The notes under the pieces were generated by a model, which searched no databases, had not been told where the DNA came from, and saw only the letters and a program-made list of their open reading frames with translations. Positions 1-8,873 of a stretch of 25,174 nucleotides of DNA are shown here, piece after piece. Within the stretch, counting starts at the first letter, position 1. Every line of letters begins with the position of its first letter. The translations under genes were made by a program, and so were the position numbers. This DNA comes from Campylobacterota bacterium. Lineage in GTDB: Bacteria > Campylobacterota > Campylobacteria > Campylobacterales > Sulfurovaceae. Location of the stretch: contig JAYEOM010000008.1 in NCBI GenBank assembly GCA_034722955.1, positions 1 to 25,174 of the forward strand. Direction: 5' to 3'.

Positions 1-107
1 CTAATATACTTATCACTAAAACTATTATCAACATAACGCCTAATCAATGATGTTTTCCCCACAGAGAAGTTACCCATTAAAACAATTTTTTTTTGTCTAT
101 TCCCCAT
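1..107 (-). CDS. Rab/Ras-like small GTPase, 5' part only (runs off the window edge; not in ORF track)
   Basis: Manual translation from ATG at 107 gives MGNRQKKIVLMGNFSVGKTSLIRRYVDNSFSDKYI. It has the KIV.MG lead-in, G1 P-loop GNFSVGKT and the F...Y switch-I lead-in typical of Rab-like GTPases. The start overlaps the stop of the upstream 653-aa gene. Confidence 0.88.
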   Translation of the reverse strand, partial: MGNRQKKIVLMGNFSVGKTSLIRRYVDNSFSDKYI

Positions 108-2058
108 CTTTAATCTCCCAATTAAACATCACACATCGTGAGAGAAACTCACTGTTTTTACCCTCTCTCTTCTCTAGCTCTTTGGGTGGTTTTGCTATAG
201 CTTTGATTATTATCATCTCCTCTTTCACTCCTCTATCTATCAGTGCCTGCTTGATACGCATGGCTCTGTTTGCGGATAACATTTTATTGAAAGTATCTGT
301 ACCTTTGACATCAGTATATCCACTTATCTTTACATAGTAGCACTCATTATCTATCATAACAGATGATAATCTGTCCAGTGCCATATTATACTCTTTAGGT
401 ATTTTAGAAGAACCTTGACTGAAGTAGATATTTTTATCCAATAGTGGCAAGACCTCTATTTCATTAATGACTCTTTGTGCATCAAGTACTGTTTCAATCT
501 TATGGATAAATGCTCTTCTAGCTTTTTCGTTGATGATTAGACCTGTAAATCTGATTTTATTTTCATCTTGATGGTATTTTATATTCGCTTGATACTCTCT
601 ATTGGTTAGTTCTACTATTTTCTGTATAGCTTCCGGAAAAACCTCTATATCAAAAAACAGTGTTTCACTATCTAAGATTGCTTTCATCTTTTCTATAAAT
701 ATCTCTCTAGCTTTTTTATCAATAAGTAGTCCTGTAAATCTTATCTTATCATAATAGTGTTTATATGCTATAGTGGCATTATAATCTCTATTGGTTGAAT
801 TTACTATCTGTTTCATCAGTACTATCTTATAGTTTTTATTAAAGTTCTTATCTATAGAGTTAACTTGATTGGAGTAGGTATATCCTCTAAGTACAACATC
901 TATCTTCTCCCTGTCGTCTCTGTAAAGAACCATACCATCAAGAATTACCTCCCCTTCTAATGTTGTATCAATATCTAAATCATAAATTTTAATTCTGTTT
1001 TCTTTAAGTATAGATTCTATCTTTTGTTCATTTTGTTCTATTTTATAGGATTGATAATAACTATAACTATACCAACCTAAAGGTATCATCAAAAAGAGCA
1101 CTAAGAACACCACCCCAAGCAGAGGAAACTTATCTTTGCTAGTATCCTTTGCATTATCAAAAAGTGTTGAGAGTATCTCTTTTATATTGGTGATATTGAG
1201 TTGACTTGTATCTCCATCAAACTCTGATAATGATCTAGAGTATTTTGAAACAATGCGTGAGAGAACTTTGGATAACTTATCTTTCATATCTGCATGATTA
1301 TTTGTAACAACAGCTAGATAGCAACTCCCAGCACTCTCTATACTGATAGATGAGTTACTATACTCTATCTCTCTAATCTCACTCATCTCTTGGTCGCTAC
1401 TAATCCAGTCATTTACAAAGCTTCTAATAGCACTAAGCATTGAAGCGACCATCTCTACCTCATCTATCTTTTGATTCTCCTCTTTGTGCAAATCTACGAT
1501 CAACAGACCCGACTCTTTATGGATCAAAAATATTGTCTCTATATCGACAAAATCTGTCTCCTGCAAGAGAAGTTGTGCTTCACTAACCCCATAAAACTTT
1601 GATTTAAATTTTCTTTTTATTCTTGCAAAAGAGAGAGAGGATTGCAGTGTACTATTGATTTGGTGCATCATATCACTAAAAGCAGTAGTAACATATTTGC
1701 TGATCATATTACCCATAATAGGGTAAAGTGCATCTACTATAGACTCTTTTTGCTCATGAACCTGTTCTTGTATCGCTGAAGTGATGATAGGAAAAAGTAT
1801 TTTTTGAAGATCTTTGGATCTATAGAGTTCATCTGCAACCCCTTTTGATATTATAGGTTGCAGTGAAGCATAAAGTTTTTGTTGATTCTCTTGTAAACTT
1901 TTTGATAGAATGTCAGTAATGATTTTGGATAATTTTTCTACCAATATACCTTTTTGTTGATTTTTCTCTAAATCTCTTATCTCTTGAGTTAGCCTATCTA
2001 TCTTATCTATCTCCTCTTGAAGGAGAAGACTTCTAAGCTTGGCATACTCAGCTGGCAT
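97..2058 (-). CDS. Membrane protein: N-terminal helical region, longin/roadblock-like domain, one TM helix, BON-like repeats, C-terminal OmpA-like peptidoglycan-binding domain
   Basis: 653-aa ORF. The C-terminal motifs IYFSQGSS, ISGYTDVKG, NKMLSANRA and SRCV are the OmpA/MotB signature. A single hydrophobic stretch FPLLGVVFLVLFLMIPLGWY is present. The segment IFLIHKESGLLI...MVASMLSAIRSF resembles longin/roadblock folds (pattern inference). Confidence 0.85.
   Translation of the reverse strand: MPAEYAKLRSLLLQEEIDKIDRLTQEIRDLEKNQQKGILVEKLSKIITDILSKSLQENQQKLYASLQPIISKGVADELYRSKDLQKILFPIITSAIQEQVHEQKESIVDALYPIMGNMISKYVTTAFSDMMHQINSTLQSSLSFARIKRKFKSKFYGVSEAQLLLQETDFVDIETIFLIHKESGLLIVDLHKEENQKIDEVEMVASMLSAIRSFVNDWISSDQEMSEIREIEYSNSSISIESAGSCYLAVVTNNHADMKDKLSKVLSRIVSKYSRSLSEFDGDTSQLNITNIKEILSTLFDNAKDTSKDKFPLLGVVFLVLFLMIPLGWYSYSYYQSYKIEQNEQKIESILKENRIKIYDLDIDTTLEGEVILDGMVLYRDDREKIDVVLRGYTYSNQVNSIDKNFNKNYKIVLMKQIVNSTNRDYNATIAYKHYYDKIRFTGLLIDKKAREIFIEKMKAILDSETLFFDIEVFPEAIQKIVELTNREYQANIKYHQDENKIRFTGLIINEKARRAFIHKIETVLDAQRVINEIEVLPLLDKNIYFSQGSSKIPKEYNMALDRLSSVMIDNECYYVKISGYTDVKGTDTFNKMLSANRAMRIKQALIDRGVKEEMIIIKAIAKPPKELEKREGKNSEFLSRCVMFNWEIKDGE
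445..810 (-). repeat. Tandem internal duplication (63-aa period) of a BON-like unit inside the OmpA-domain gene
   Basis: IVNSTNRDY..KIRFTGLLIDKKAREIFIEKMKAILD..DIEVFP versus IVELTNREY..KIRFTGLIINEKARRAFIHKIETVLD..EIEVLP. The DNA word cctgtaaatc occurs at 542 and 731, 189 nt apart. Confidence 0.85.
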
Positions 2059-2536
2059 CTACTTCTATCTTCTCTTTTATTTTATCTGCAAGTGTGGTAT
2101 CTTTAAGTTTAAGTGAATATTCCAAAAACATACTAGCGAGTGACTCTTTTGAGACATTTTTACGACTATTTGTCTCTTCCAAATCATTAAGCTTTGATTG
2201 CATTCTAGTTTTGAGAAGATTCAATGATTTTTTAGTCGATTCGTGTTGAGTGGCTAGTATATTTTCTATCGCAACAACTTCATTTTGCATAATACTATTT
2301 TGTTCATTGATGCGTTGTTCCAACAATAACTTGATGGATTCATATCTCTCATTGGAAACTTTATGTACTTTGTTGATTTTGGATTCAAGAGTTTTTTCTA
2401 TAGTATCTATATCTCTCTTATTATCTTCATGGAGTTGAGTGAGTCTCTTGTCAAGTAGTTTAAGTTGACTTTTTACCTCTTGAGAAAACTCTCCTATCAA
2501 TAATTCTCTTATCTGATTCATATCATTGCTTGTCAT
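2048..2536 (-). CDS. Hypothetical coiled-coil protein, first gene of the GTPase operon
   Basis: 162-aa ORF rich in E/K/L/Q heptads, with an AAGGA Shine-Dalgarno upstream. It overlaps the start of the next gene by 11 nt. Confidence 0.8.
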   Translation of the reverse strand: MTSNDMNQIRELLIGEFSQEVKSQLKLLDKRLTQLHEDNKRDIDTIEKTLESKINKVHKVSNERYESIKLLLEQRINEQNSIMQNEVVAIENILATQHESTKKSLNLLKTRMQSKLNDLEETNSRKNVSKESLASMFLEYSLKLKDTTLADKIKEKIEVDAS

Positions 2537-2569
2537 AGTAGCTAATCCTTGATAAAATTTTTATCCTTA

Positions 2570-2578
2570 ATTATACCA
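2570..2578 (-). promoter_or_regulatory. Extended -10 box (TGGTATAAT) for the coiled-coil/OmpA/GTPase operon
   Basis: Reverse complement of attatacca, about 34 nt upstream of the 2536 start codon. Confidence 0.6.
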
Positions 2579-2605
2579 TTATTCGGATGAAACTAAAACC
2601 AAACA

Positions 2606-2643
2606 TGAAGAGTGAGTTGTCTCTAAAAAAACTCAACTCTTCA
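2606..2643. terminator. Stem-loop downstream of tkt, probable terminator
   Basis: tgaagagtgagtt and aactcaactcttca pair with one bulge, about 30 nt past the tkt stop. Confidence 0.45.
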
Positions 2644-2672
2644 ATCGGTATCAATCTTCAAGACTATCTTCC

Positions 2673-4649
2673 CTATACTAAACACTTACCGATTTCAACT
2701 TTTTTGTACTTTACGCCCATCAAAGTGCAAGCACGCTTCATAATCCCCTCGATAGTAAATCCAAACTTCTCAAAGAGTAGATTGGCCGGTGCAGAGGCGC
2801 CGAAGCTCTCCATGCCTAGTACATCATCTGCATAACGGTAATACTCTGTTGCCGTAGCTGCCTCTACTGCCAAGACTTTGGTGTCCGAGCTTATCACTCT
2901 AGCTTTGTAGTCTGCATCTTGTTCATTAAATAGATCTAGACATGGCACAGAGACTACATTGGCTTTGATACCTAGCAGCTCTAGGTGACAAGCAGCTCTG
3001 AGACATGGCATCAGTTCAGATCCACTCGCCATCAATGTTAGATTGGCACTATCTCTCTCTTTGACTATATATGCACCATTGGCAACTTCACCGAAGTCTC
3101 TTTTGGGCTTGAGAGTTTTGAGTTTTTGACGGCTCAAGACGAAACCTTGCGGAGCATCGATCTCAAAAGCCCTCTTCCAAGCTGCTACATTTTCTGTGGC
3201 ATCAGCTGGTCTCCAGATATAGAAGTTTGGCAATGCTCTAAACTGACTCATCTGCTCTATAGGCTCATGGGTGGGACCATCTTCACCTACACCGATACTA
3301 TCATGTGTCCACACAAAGAAGTTTTGGATACCTGCCAATGATGCCATTCTCACAGCAGGCTTTTGGTAGTCGGAAAATACAAAGAATGTAGCATTGTATG
3401 GGATCATCGTACCATAGAGTGCCATAGCATTGCATATCGCTGCCATAGAGTGTTCACGGATACCAAAGTGAATATTTTTGCCTTTAGGGAAATCTCCCAT
3501 ATCTTTGAGTACTGTTTTGTTCGATGGTCCTAGATCTGCAGATCCGCCTATAAAGCCAGGGATGGCTGTAGCTATGGCATTGAGTATCTTGCCATTGCTA
3601 TCTCGTGTAGCAATATCACTGTCACTACTGAAGTCTGGGAAGTTAATAGAGGAGAAGTCTGGATTGAGTAGGCGATCCAATGCTCCGTTTTGCTCTATCA
3701 GGGGAGCCTCTTTTTGTCTATGAATCCACTCTTTTTCAGCCATATCGCCCTGCTCTATAGCACATCTAAATCTCAACAATACATCTTCGGATATATAAAA
3801 TGTCTCCTCTTCTGGGAAGCCTGCTTTTTTCTTGGAAGCTTTGATCGTATCTACTCCTAGTGGTGCACCATGTGTCTCATGACTGCCCTCTAGACCATCT
3901 GCACCCTTCCCTATGATAGTATTGGCGATGATGATAGTCGGCTTTGTTGCTTTTTTTGCTTCACTCAATGCCTCATCTATCTCATCATAGCAGTGACCAT
4001 TTATCTTGAGTACATTCCACTTTTGAGCATCAAAACGGTTGGCTACATCTTCACTCCATGCTATAGAGATGTCACCCTCTATGGTTATCTCATTGCTATC
4101 ATATATGAGGACCAAATCCTTGAGTGCCAAGTGACCTGCCAAAGCACATGCTTCATAGCTGATCCCCTCTTGGAGGTCACCATCACCACATAGACAATAT
4201 ACCTTGTGGTCGATGAGATCACAAGTCTCTGAGTTTACTTGGTTTGCTGTGTAGCTCTCTGCCATAGCAAAACCGACCGCATTTGCTATCCCCTGCCCTA
4301 GTGGTCCTGTTGTGATCTCTACTCCATCGGTATGTCCATACTCTGGATGCCCTGGTGTTTTGGAGTCAAACTGGCGAAAATTTCTCAGATCATCTAGTGA
4401 CACATCATATCCCCATAGATGCAGCAGTGAGTAGATCAATCCTGTGCCATGTCCTCCTGAAAAGACCAAACGGTCACGATTGAGCCATTTGGGATTTTTC
4501 GGATTATGACTCAAGTGTTCACTAAGGACGACAGCTATATCAGCTAGCCCCATAGGTGCACCTGGGTGTCCAGAGTTGGCTTTTTGTACCATATCGGCGG
4601 CTAAAAATCTAATCGTATTCGCCATCTTTTTACGCATTGTATTTGGCAT
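2673..4649 (-). CDS. tkt: Transketolase
   Basis: ANSGHPGAPMG, TTGPLGQG, TPP-binding GDGDLQEG, FGIREH, THDSIGVGEDGPTH and FGASAP motifs. Confidence 0.98.
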   Translation of the reverse strand: MPNTMRKKMANTIRFLAADMVQKANSGHPGAPMGLADIAVVLSEHLSHNPKNPKWLNRDRLVFSGGHGTGLIYSLLHLWGYDVSLDDLRNFRQFDSKTPGHPEYGHTDGVEITTGPLGQGIANAVGFAMAESYTANQVNSETCDLIDHKVYCLCGDGDLQEGISYEACALAGHLALKDLVLIYDSNEITIEGDISIAWSEDVANRFDAQKWNVLKINGHCYDEIDEALSEAKKATKPTIIIANTIIGKGADGLEGSHETHGAPLGVDTIKASKKKAGFPEEETFYISEDVLLRFRCAIEQGDMAEKEWIHRQKEAPLIEQNGALDRLLNPDFSSINFPDFSSDSDIATRDSNGKILNAIATAIPGFIGGSADLGPSNKTVLKDMGDFPKGKNIHFGIREHSMAAICNAMALYGTMIPYNATFFVFSDYQKPAVRMASLAGIQNFFVWTHDSIGVGEDGPTHEPIEQMSQFRALPNFYIWRPADATENVAAWKRAFEIDAPQGFVLSRQKLKTLKPKRDFGEVANGAYIVKERDSANLTLMASGSELMPCLRAACHLELLGIKANVVSVPCLDLFNEQDADYKARVISSDTKVLAVEAATATEYYRYADDVLGMESFGASAPANLLFEKFGFTIEGIMKRACTLMGVKYKKVEIGKCLV

Positions 4650-4654
4650 TTTCT

Positions 4655-5506
4655 TTATCCTTTGTGTCTATTGAGATATTTTGTCATCAGTGGTTGTAGA
4701 GCAGTCTGTAACTTCTCTTCGAAATTTTCAAATTGCCTTTGCAAATCTTTTGAGAGAGTGTCAGCCTGAGCTATACTCTCCTCTAAACCCAAAAGATTTA
4801 CAAAGCTATTTTTATCTTCATCATTGCCTGTCGTCTTGCCTGCCTCCTCATCACTATGAGTCTCATCGATGATATCATCTTGTATCTGAAATAGAAGCCC
4901 TAGATCAAGACCAAAGCGATAGAGCTCCTCCTCTCTCTGTTTTCCCAGTCCAACAATAACAGCACCCATCTGTAGGCTCACTGCTATCAGCTTGGCTGTT
5001 TTGTTGGTATGAAGTACTTTTATCTGATCCAATGATAGTGGAGTGTTTTCGAAATAACAGTCGATCGCTTGCCCAAGAACCATACCTCTGCTCCCACCAT
5101 CACGGGCGAGAAGCTCTACCAGCTTGATCTTTATATCTGCACGAAGCGGTGCTTTGGAGATGAGATAAAATGCATCCGTATTGAGAGCATCCCCAACCAA
5201 GACGGCAGTCACCTCATCATAACTCTCATGCAGTGTAGAGTGTCCACGCCGTAGAGGAGCATCATCCATAGCAGGCAGATCATCATGTATCAAGGAGTAT
5301 GTATGGAACATCTCCAGTGCCAGAGCAACAGGCAGTGCAGAGTCATATAGCAGAGGTTCATATATATCAACTATATTGAGCAGCAGCATCGGTCGAAATC
5401 GTTTGCCTCCAGCCTGAAGCATATCTCCTAGTGCTGACTCATAATGGGGGTGAAAGGTAGAGACTTTGGGTAGATGAGATTTCAGGTAGGCTTCAAATCG
5501 TTTCAT
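4655..5506 (-). CDS. ispA: Polyprenyl synthetase (geranyltranstransferase / FPP synthase)
   Basis: GGKRFRP, first Asp-rich motif SLIHDDLPAMDD..LRRG, KTA, second motif FQIQDDIID. Confidence 0.93.
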   Translation of the reverse strand: MKRFEAYLKSHLPKVSTFHPHYESALGDMLQAGGKRFRPMLLLNIVDIYEPLLYDSALPVALALEMFHTYSLIHDDLPAMDDAPLRRGHSTLHESYDEVTAVLVGDALNTDAFYLISKAPLRADIKIKLVELLARDGGSRGMVLGQAIDCYFENTPLSLDQIKVLHTNKTAKLIAVSLQMGAVIVGLGKQREEELYRFGLDLGLLFQIQDDIIDETHSDEEAGKTTGNDEDKNSFVNLLGLEESIAQADTLSKDLQRQFENFEEKLQTALQPLMTKYLNRHKG

Positions 5507-5574
5507 TTTGGATCTTTACATCCCTCTCTTTAAAATGGAGAAGATTATAGCCAAATTAGGATAAAGTTTTCTCC

Positions 5575-5757
5575 ATGAAATACAAAATAGAACAAAAAAC
5601 AAAAGAGAAGATCGTCTATTGGCGCAAAGGAGTGCCCACAACACTCTCTACTCTTCTTTGGATTGCCATCATTATCAAAATTTTACAAAGCAGACACCTA
5701 CTTTATCCCCAGCACTATGGTTATATTCGCTATCCTAACAGGTATACTCAAGGGTGA
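5575..5757 (+). pseudogene. Small membrane-protein gene, possibly frameshifted
   Basis: 60-aa ORF with one hydrophobic stretch. Skipping one A at about 5689 gives a second hydrophobic stretch (ADTYFIPSTMVIFAILTGILKG). No clear Shine-Dalgarno. Confidence 0.3.
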
Positions 5758-5770
5758 GATGGTACTTAGG

Positions 5771-6283
5771 CTAAATCTTAGCCTTTTGGGCTATCTCTTC
5801 AATGATCTCTTCTAAGCTTTTCTCTTCAACTGTGACGACAACATCCGCGACAGATCTATAGGCTTTTTCTCTCTCATTATAGAGTTTTTCAGCCTCTTTT
5901 GGTTTGGCAAAGAGTGGTCTCTTCTTTATCTTTCTCTCTGCATTTTCAGAAGTGACTATACGGTTGTATATCCACGAAAAAGAGGCTTCCAAGAGTACTA
6001 CAGTACCTATTTTTTTGAGGTTGTCTACCTTATAGAACCCGCCTCCGCAACTGATCAATGTCCCACTAACACTATCTTCTATCCAGTTGGCAGTCTCCTG
6101 TTCTAGTCTGCGAAAATATGGCTCACCCTCTTTTGCAAAAATCTTTTTGACTCTGCGGTTCTCTTTGGATTCGATCAAATCATCTGTATCTATATTGTAG
6201 ATATTATAAGCTTGGGAAAACGCTCTAGCAGTTGTCCCCTTGCCTATGCCCATAAACCCAATAAGAATTATATTTTTATTCAA
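5771..6283 (-). CDS. aroK: Shikimate kinase
   Basis: NIILIGFMGIGKGT Walker A, DTD, GEPYFR, SCGGG, RPL and R...Y motifs; TTG start. Confidence 0.95.
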   Translation of the reverse strand: MNKNIILIGFMGIGKGTTARAFSQAYNIYNIDTDDLIESKENRRVKKIFAKEGEPYFRRLEQETANWIEDSVSGTLISCGGGFYKVDNLKKIGTVVLLEASFSWIYNRIVTSENAERKIKKRPLFAKPKEAEKLYNEREKAYRSVADVVVTVEEKSLEEIIEEIAQKAKI

Positions 6284-6299
6284 CCCTCGTATCCTGTTG

Positions 6300-6551
6300 T
6301 CAAACCATATTGTATCGGTCGATGATCTTTTTGATACGCTTTCTCAAATTTTTCAATGCATCTGTAGCAGTCTCACCCTCAGCAACAAGATTATCAAATG
6401 CATCAAATTGAATCTTTGCAACCCATCCTATCCTGTTTTGAAGCTTGACCCCAACAAAGCGTACTTCACCAAAATGAGCCTTTGCCTCTCTTGTGATGCG
6501 TTCAATTCTCTGATCAAGTGTTTTTACCTCTTTGGTTTCTTTTGAAGTCAT
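6300..6551 (-). CDS. Small hypothetical protein with HicB-N/UPF0150-like motif
   Basis: 83-aa ORF with AAGGA SD. WVAKI...LVAEGETATDALKNL resembles the HicB N-terminal 'GET.EEA..N' motif. Confidence 0.7.
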   Translation of the reverse strand: MTSKETKEVKTLDQRIERITREAKAHFGEVRFVGVKLQNRIGWVAKIQFDAFDNLVAEGETATDALKNLRKRIKKIIDRYNMV

Positions 6552-6579
6552 AAATATCCTTTTTTTTCTTATTTAGGGT

Positions 6580-6588
6580 ATTATAGCA
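6580..6588 (-). promoter_or_regulatory. Extended -10 box (TGCTATAAT) for the hypothetical-aroK unit
   Basis: Reverse complement of attatagca, about 29 nt upstream of the 6551 start. Confidence 0.6.
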
Positions 6589-6675
6589 AATAAATATTTT
6601 ACAAAGATAACAGGAAGCTATTTATAAGAGAAATTTAAACTCTTATCTTGATACTTTCATAAGGAGGTGATGCCA

Positions 6676-8787
6676 ATGATAAAGAGAAAAAAATACAAAA
6701 CCAGAGAGATAGAGAGTGTCTGCACCTACTGTGGGGTAGGATGTGATATTACTGCTATAGTAGAGAATAATAAAATTATAAAGATTTTTGCACAACAAGA
6801 TGGGGTAGTTTCTCAAGGCAAACTCTGCATCAAAGGAAAATACGGATATGACTTTGTTGATGCAGAGGATCGCATCCGTGAACCTCGCATAAAGAGAGAG
6901 TTTTTAGAGAAAAATCCTCATATAGCAGCAGTGATCCAAGATAGACTCGAAGAGTTCGATAGTGAATATATGACTTGTGATCTAAAGAGTGCAACGACAG
7001 CTGCTGCTATGAAGCTCAGTGAGATAAAGCAGAGTTATGGAGGAGATAGCTTTTGTGCGATTGGTGGAGCTAGGACCTCTTGTGAAGGGGCTTATGCTTT
7101 CCAGAAATTTTGTCGTGAGACGATGGAGTCCCCACATGTAGACAGCTGTGCTAGAGTATGCCATTCACCCTCTCTCAGAGGGATGAAAGAGACCATAGGA
7201 GAGGGGGCAGCAACCAACCCATACAATGATATATATGAGGCAGAATTTATGGTTGTTATAGGCTCCAACACTATGGAGGCACACCCCATCATAGCCAATC
7301 GTATGGTAGATATGACAAAGACACACAACAATTTAGCTGTGATAGATGTACGGAAGACCAAATTGGCAAAATTGGCAAAATATAACTGTATCATCCCATA
7401 TGAAGCCAACCTTCTCATCCTAAATATGATGGCATATGTCATCATCGACGAAGAGCTTTATGATGAGAGCTTCATCAACAGCCGAACCAAAGGCTTCGAC
7501 AGCTTTAGGGATAAGATCTTAAATGACCCCTATGCCAACCCCAAGTTTTGTCAAGAGATAGAAGGGTATGAGTATCTAGGCAAGATGATCCCTAATATAG
7601 CCAGAGAGTATGCAGTAAAGAGATCAATGATATTTTGGGGTTTGGGGATCACTGAACACTTAGATGGCTCCCATGCAGTGATGGCGATCACACATTTGGG
7701 GATGATGACGGGCAATATAGGCAAAACCGGTGCAGGGTTGATGCCTCTACGAGGACAAAACAATGTACAGGGAGCTTGCGACATGGGTTGTTTGCCATAC
7801 TATGCTCCTGACTATCAAGAGCCCAAAGAGGTGGGGTTGATGACACCGCAACTTGTCGATGCCATGCTAGATGGCAAAATCAAAGCTCTACTCAATATGG
7901 GTGAAGATATCTCCCACATCCATCCCAATATCAATCGAACCAGCAGAGCATTGAAACAGTTGGACTTTTTGATGGTTCAAGAACTCTTTATGACAGATAT
8001 CGCACAGAGAGCAGATATCGTCATCGGTGTAAAGTCTGCTTATGAGAAGAGTGGTGTCTATGTCAATGCGATGCGCAGACTGCATCTCTCTCAGCCACTA
8101 GTGCATAGTGATCTACCTGATGACTGGGAAGTGTTGACGATGATGGATAGAGAGCTGGGCGGAAACTTTGACTTTCACAGTAGTGAGGATGTCTGGAATG
8201 AGGTGAGAGAGGTAGCACCGAGAAGATTTTCCGGTGCTGCCTACTATCGACTTGCCCGTCATCGAAATAGAGGAATGCAGTGGCCCATATATCATGAAGA
8301 TACACCTATTTTGCATCTCTTGGATTTTCGTACTGATGATGGACTAGGCAGGTATGTCTACAAGCAGTATAGACCGCGAGGAATGGTAGAGGAGATACGA
8401 AAAGGAGAATTTTATAATGACTCTCTGGAGGGGTACTATCTCACTACCGGTCGTACTCTAGCACACTACAACAATGCCGCCCAGACAAAACGAAGCAAAA
8501 AACTAGATACAAAGTATGATGCAGATCTGCTGCTGGCACCTCTGGAGGCTGAAGAGAAGTTTGGTGATAGAGTCATCCTCAAAACGATCTATGGAGAGAC
8601 CGCTCCGCTGCCTGTACACTACACAGATAAGATAAGAGAAAAGACCCTCTTTTGTACTTTTCATCATAGTGAGTCAAAGATCAATGCCATGTTTGGAGAT
8701 GAGTGTGATGAGTTGGTTATGACTGCACGATTTAAGTCTCTGCGCGTCACTGTCATCCCCGTGGATGGGCAGATTGCATGTGGATGA
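6676..8787 (+). CDS. Molybdopterin oxidoreductase, FdhF-like formate dehydrogenase catalytic subunit (Cys form)
   Basis: 4Fe-4S motif CTYCGVGC...LCIKG, active-site CARVCHSPS, LRGQNNVQG and C-terminal LTTGR..HYN. Start set at ATG 6676 by spacing from AAGGAGG (6661-6667); the ORF track starts at 6667. No Tat signal seen. Confidence 0.88.
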   Translation: MIKRKKYKTREIESVCTYCGVGCDITAIVENNKIIKIFAQQDGVVSQGKLCIKGKYGYDFVDAEDRIREPRIKREFLEKNPHIAAVIQDRLEEFDSEYMTCDLKSATTAAAMKLSEIKQSYGGDSFCAIGGARTSCEGAYAFQKFCRETMESPHVDSCARVCHSPSLRGMKETIGEGAATNPYNDIYEAEFMVVIGSNTMEAHPIIANRMVDMTKTHNNLAVIDVRKTKLAKLAKYNCIIPYEANLLILNMMAYVIIDEELYDESFINSRTKGFDSFRDKILNDPYANPKFCQEIEGYEYLGKMIPNIAREYAVKRSMIFWGLGITEHLDGSHAVMAITHLGMMTGNIGKTGAGLMPLRGQNNVQGACDMGCLPYYAPDYQEPKEVGLMTPQLVDAMLDGKIKALLNMGEDISHIHPNINRTSRALKQLDFLMVQELFMTDIAQRADIVIGVKSAYEKSGVYVNAMRRLHLSQPLVHSDLPDDWEVLTMMDRELGGNFDFHSSEDVWNEVREVAPRRFSGAAYYRLARHRNRGMQWPIYHEDTPILHLLDFRTDDGLGRYVYKQYRPRGMVEEIRKGEFYNDSLEGYYLTTGRTLAHYNNAAQTKRSKKLDTKYDADLLLAPLEAEEKFGDRVILKTIYGETAPLPVHYTDKIREKTLFCTFHHSESKINAMFGDECDELVMTARFKSLRVTVIPVDGQIACG

Positions 8788-8873
8788 GATGATTTTGTAT
8801 ATCAATATGAAATGATTTTAGCTCTATTGTGATTTTTATGTAACACTTATGATTATATACAGAAGGAGACAAG

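Noticed and set aside
7120..7180. Possible selenocysteine recoding in the FdhF-like gene
   Set aside because: The codon is TGC (Cys) and there is no in-frame TGA.
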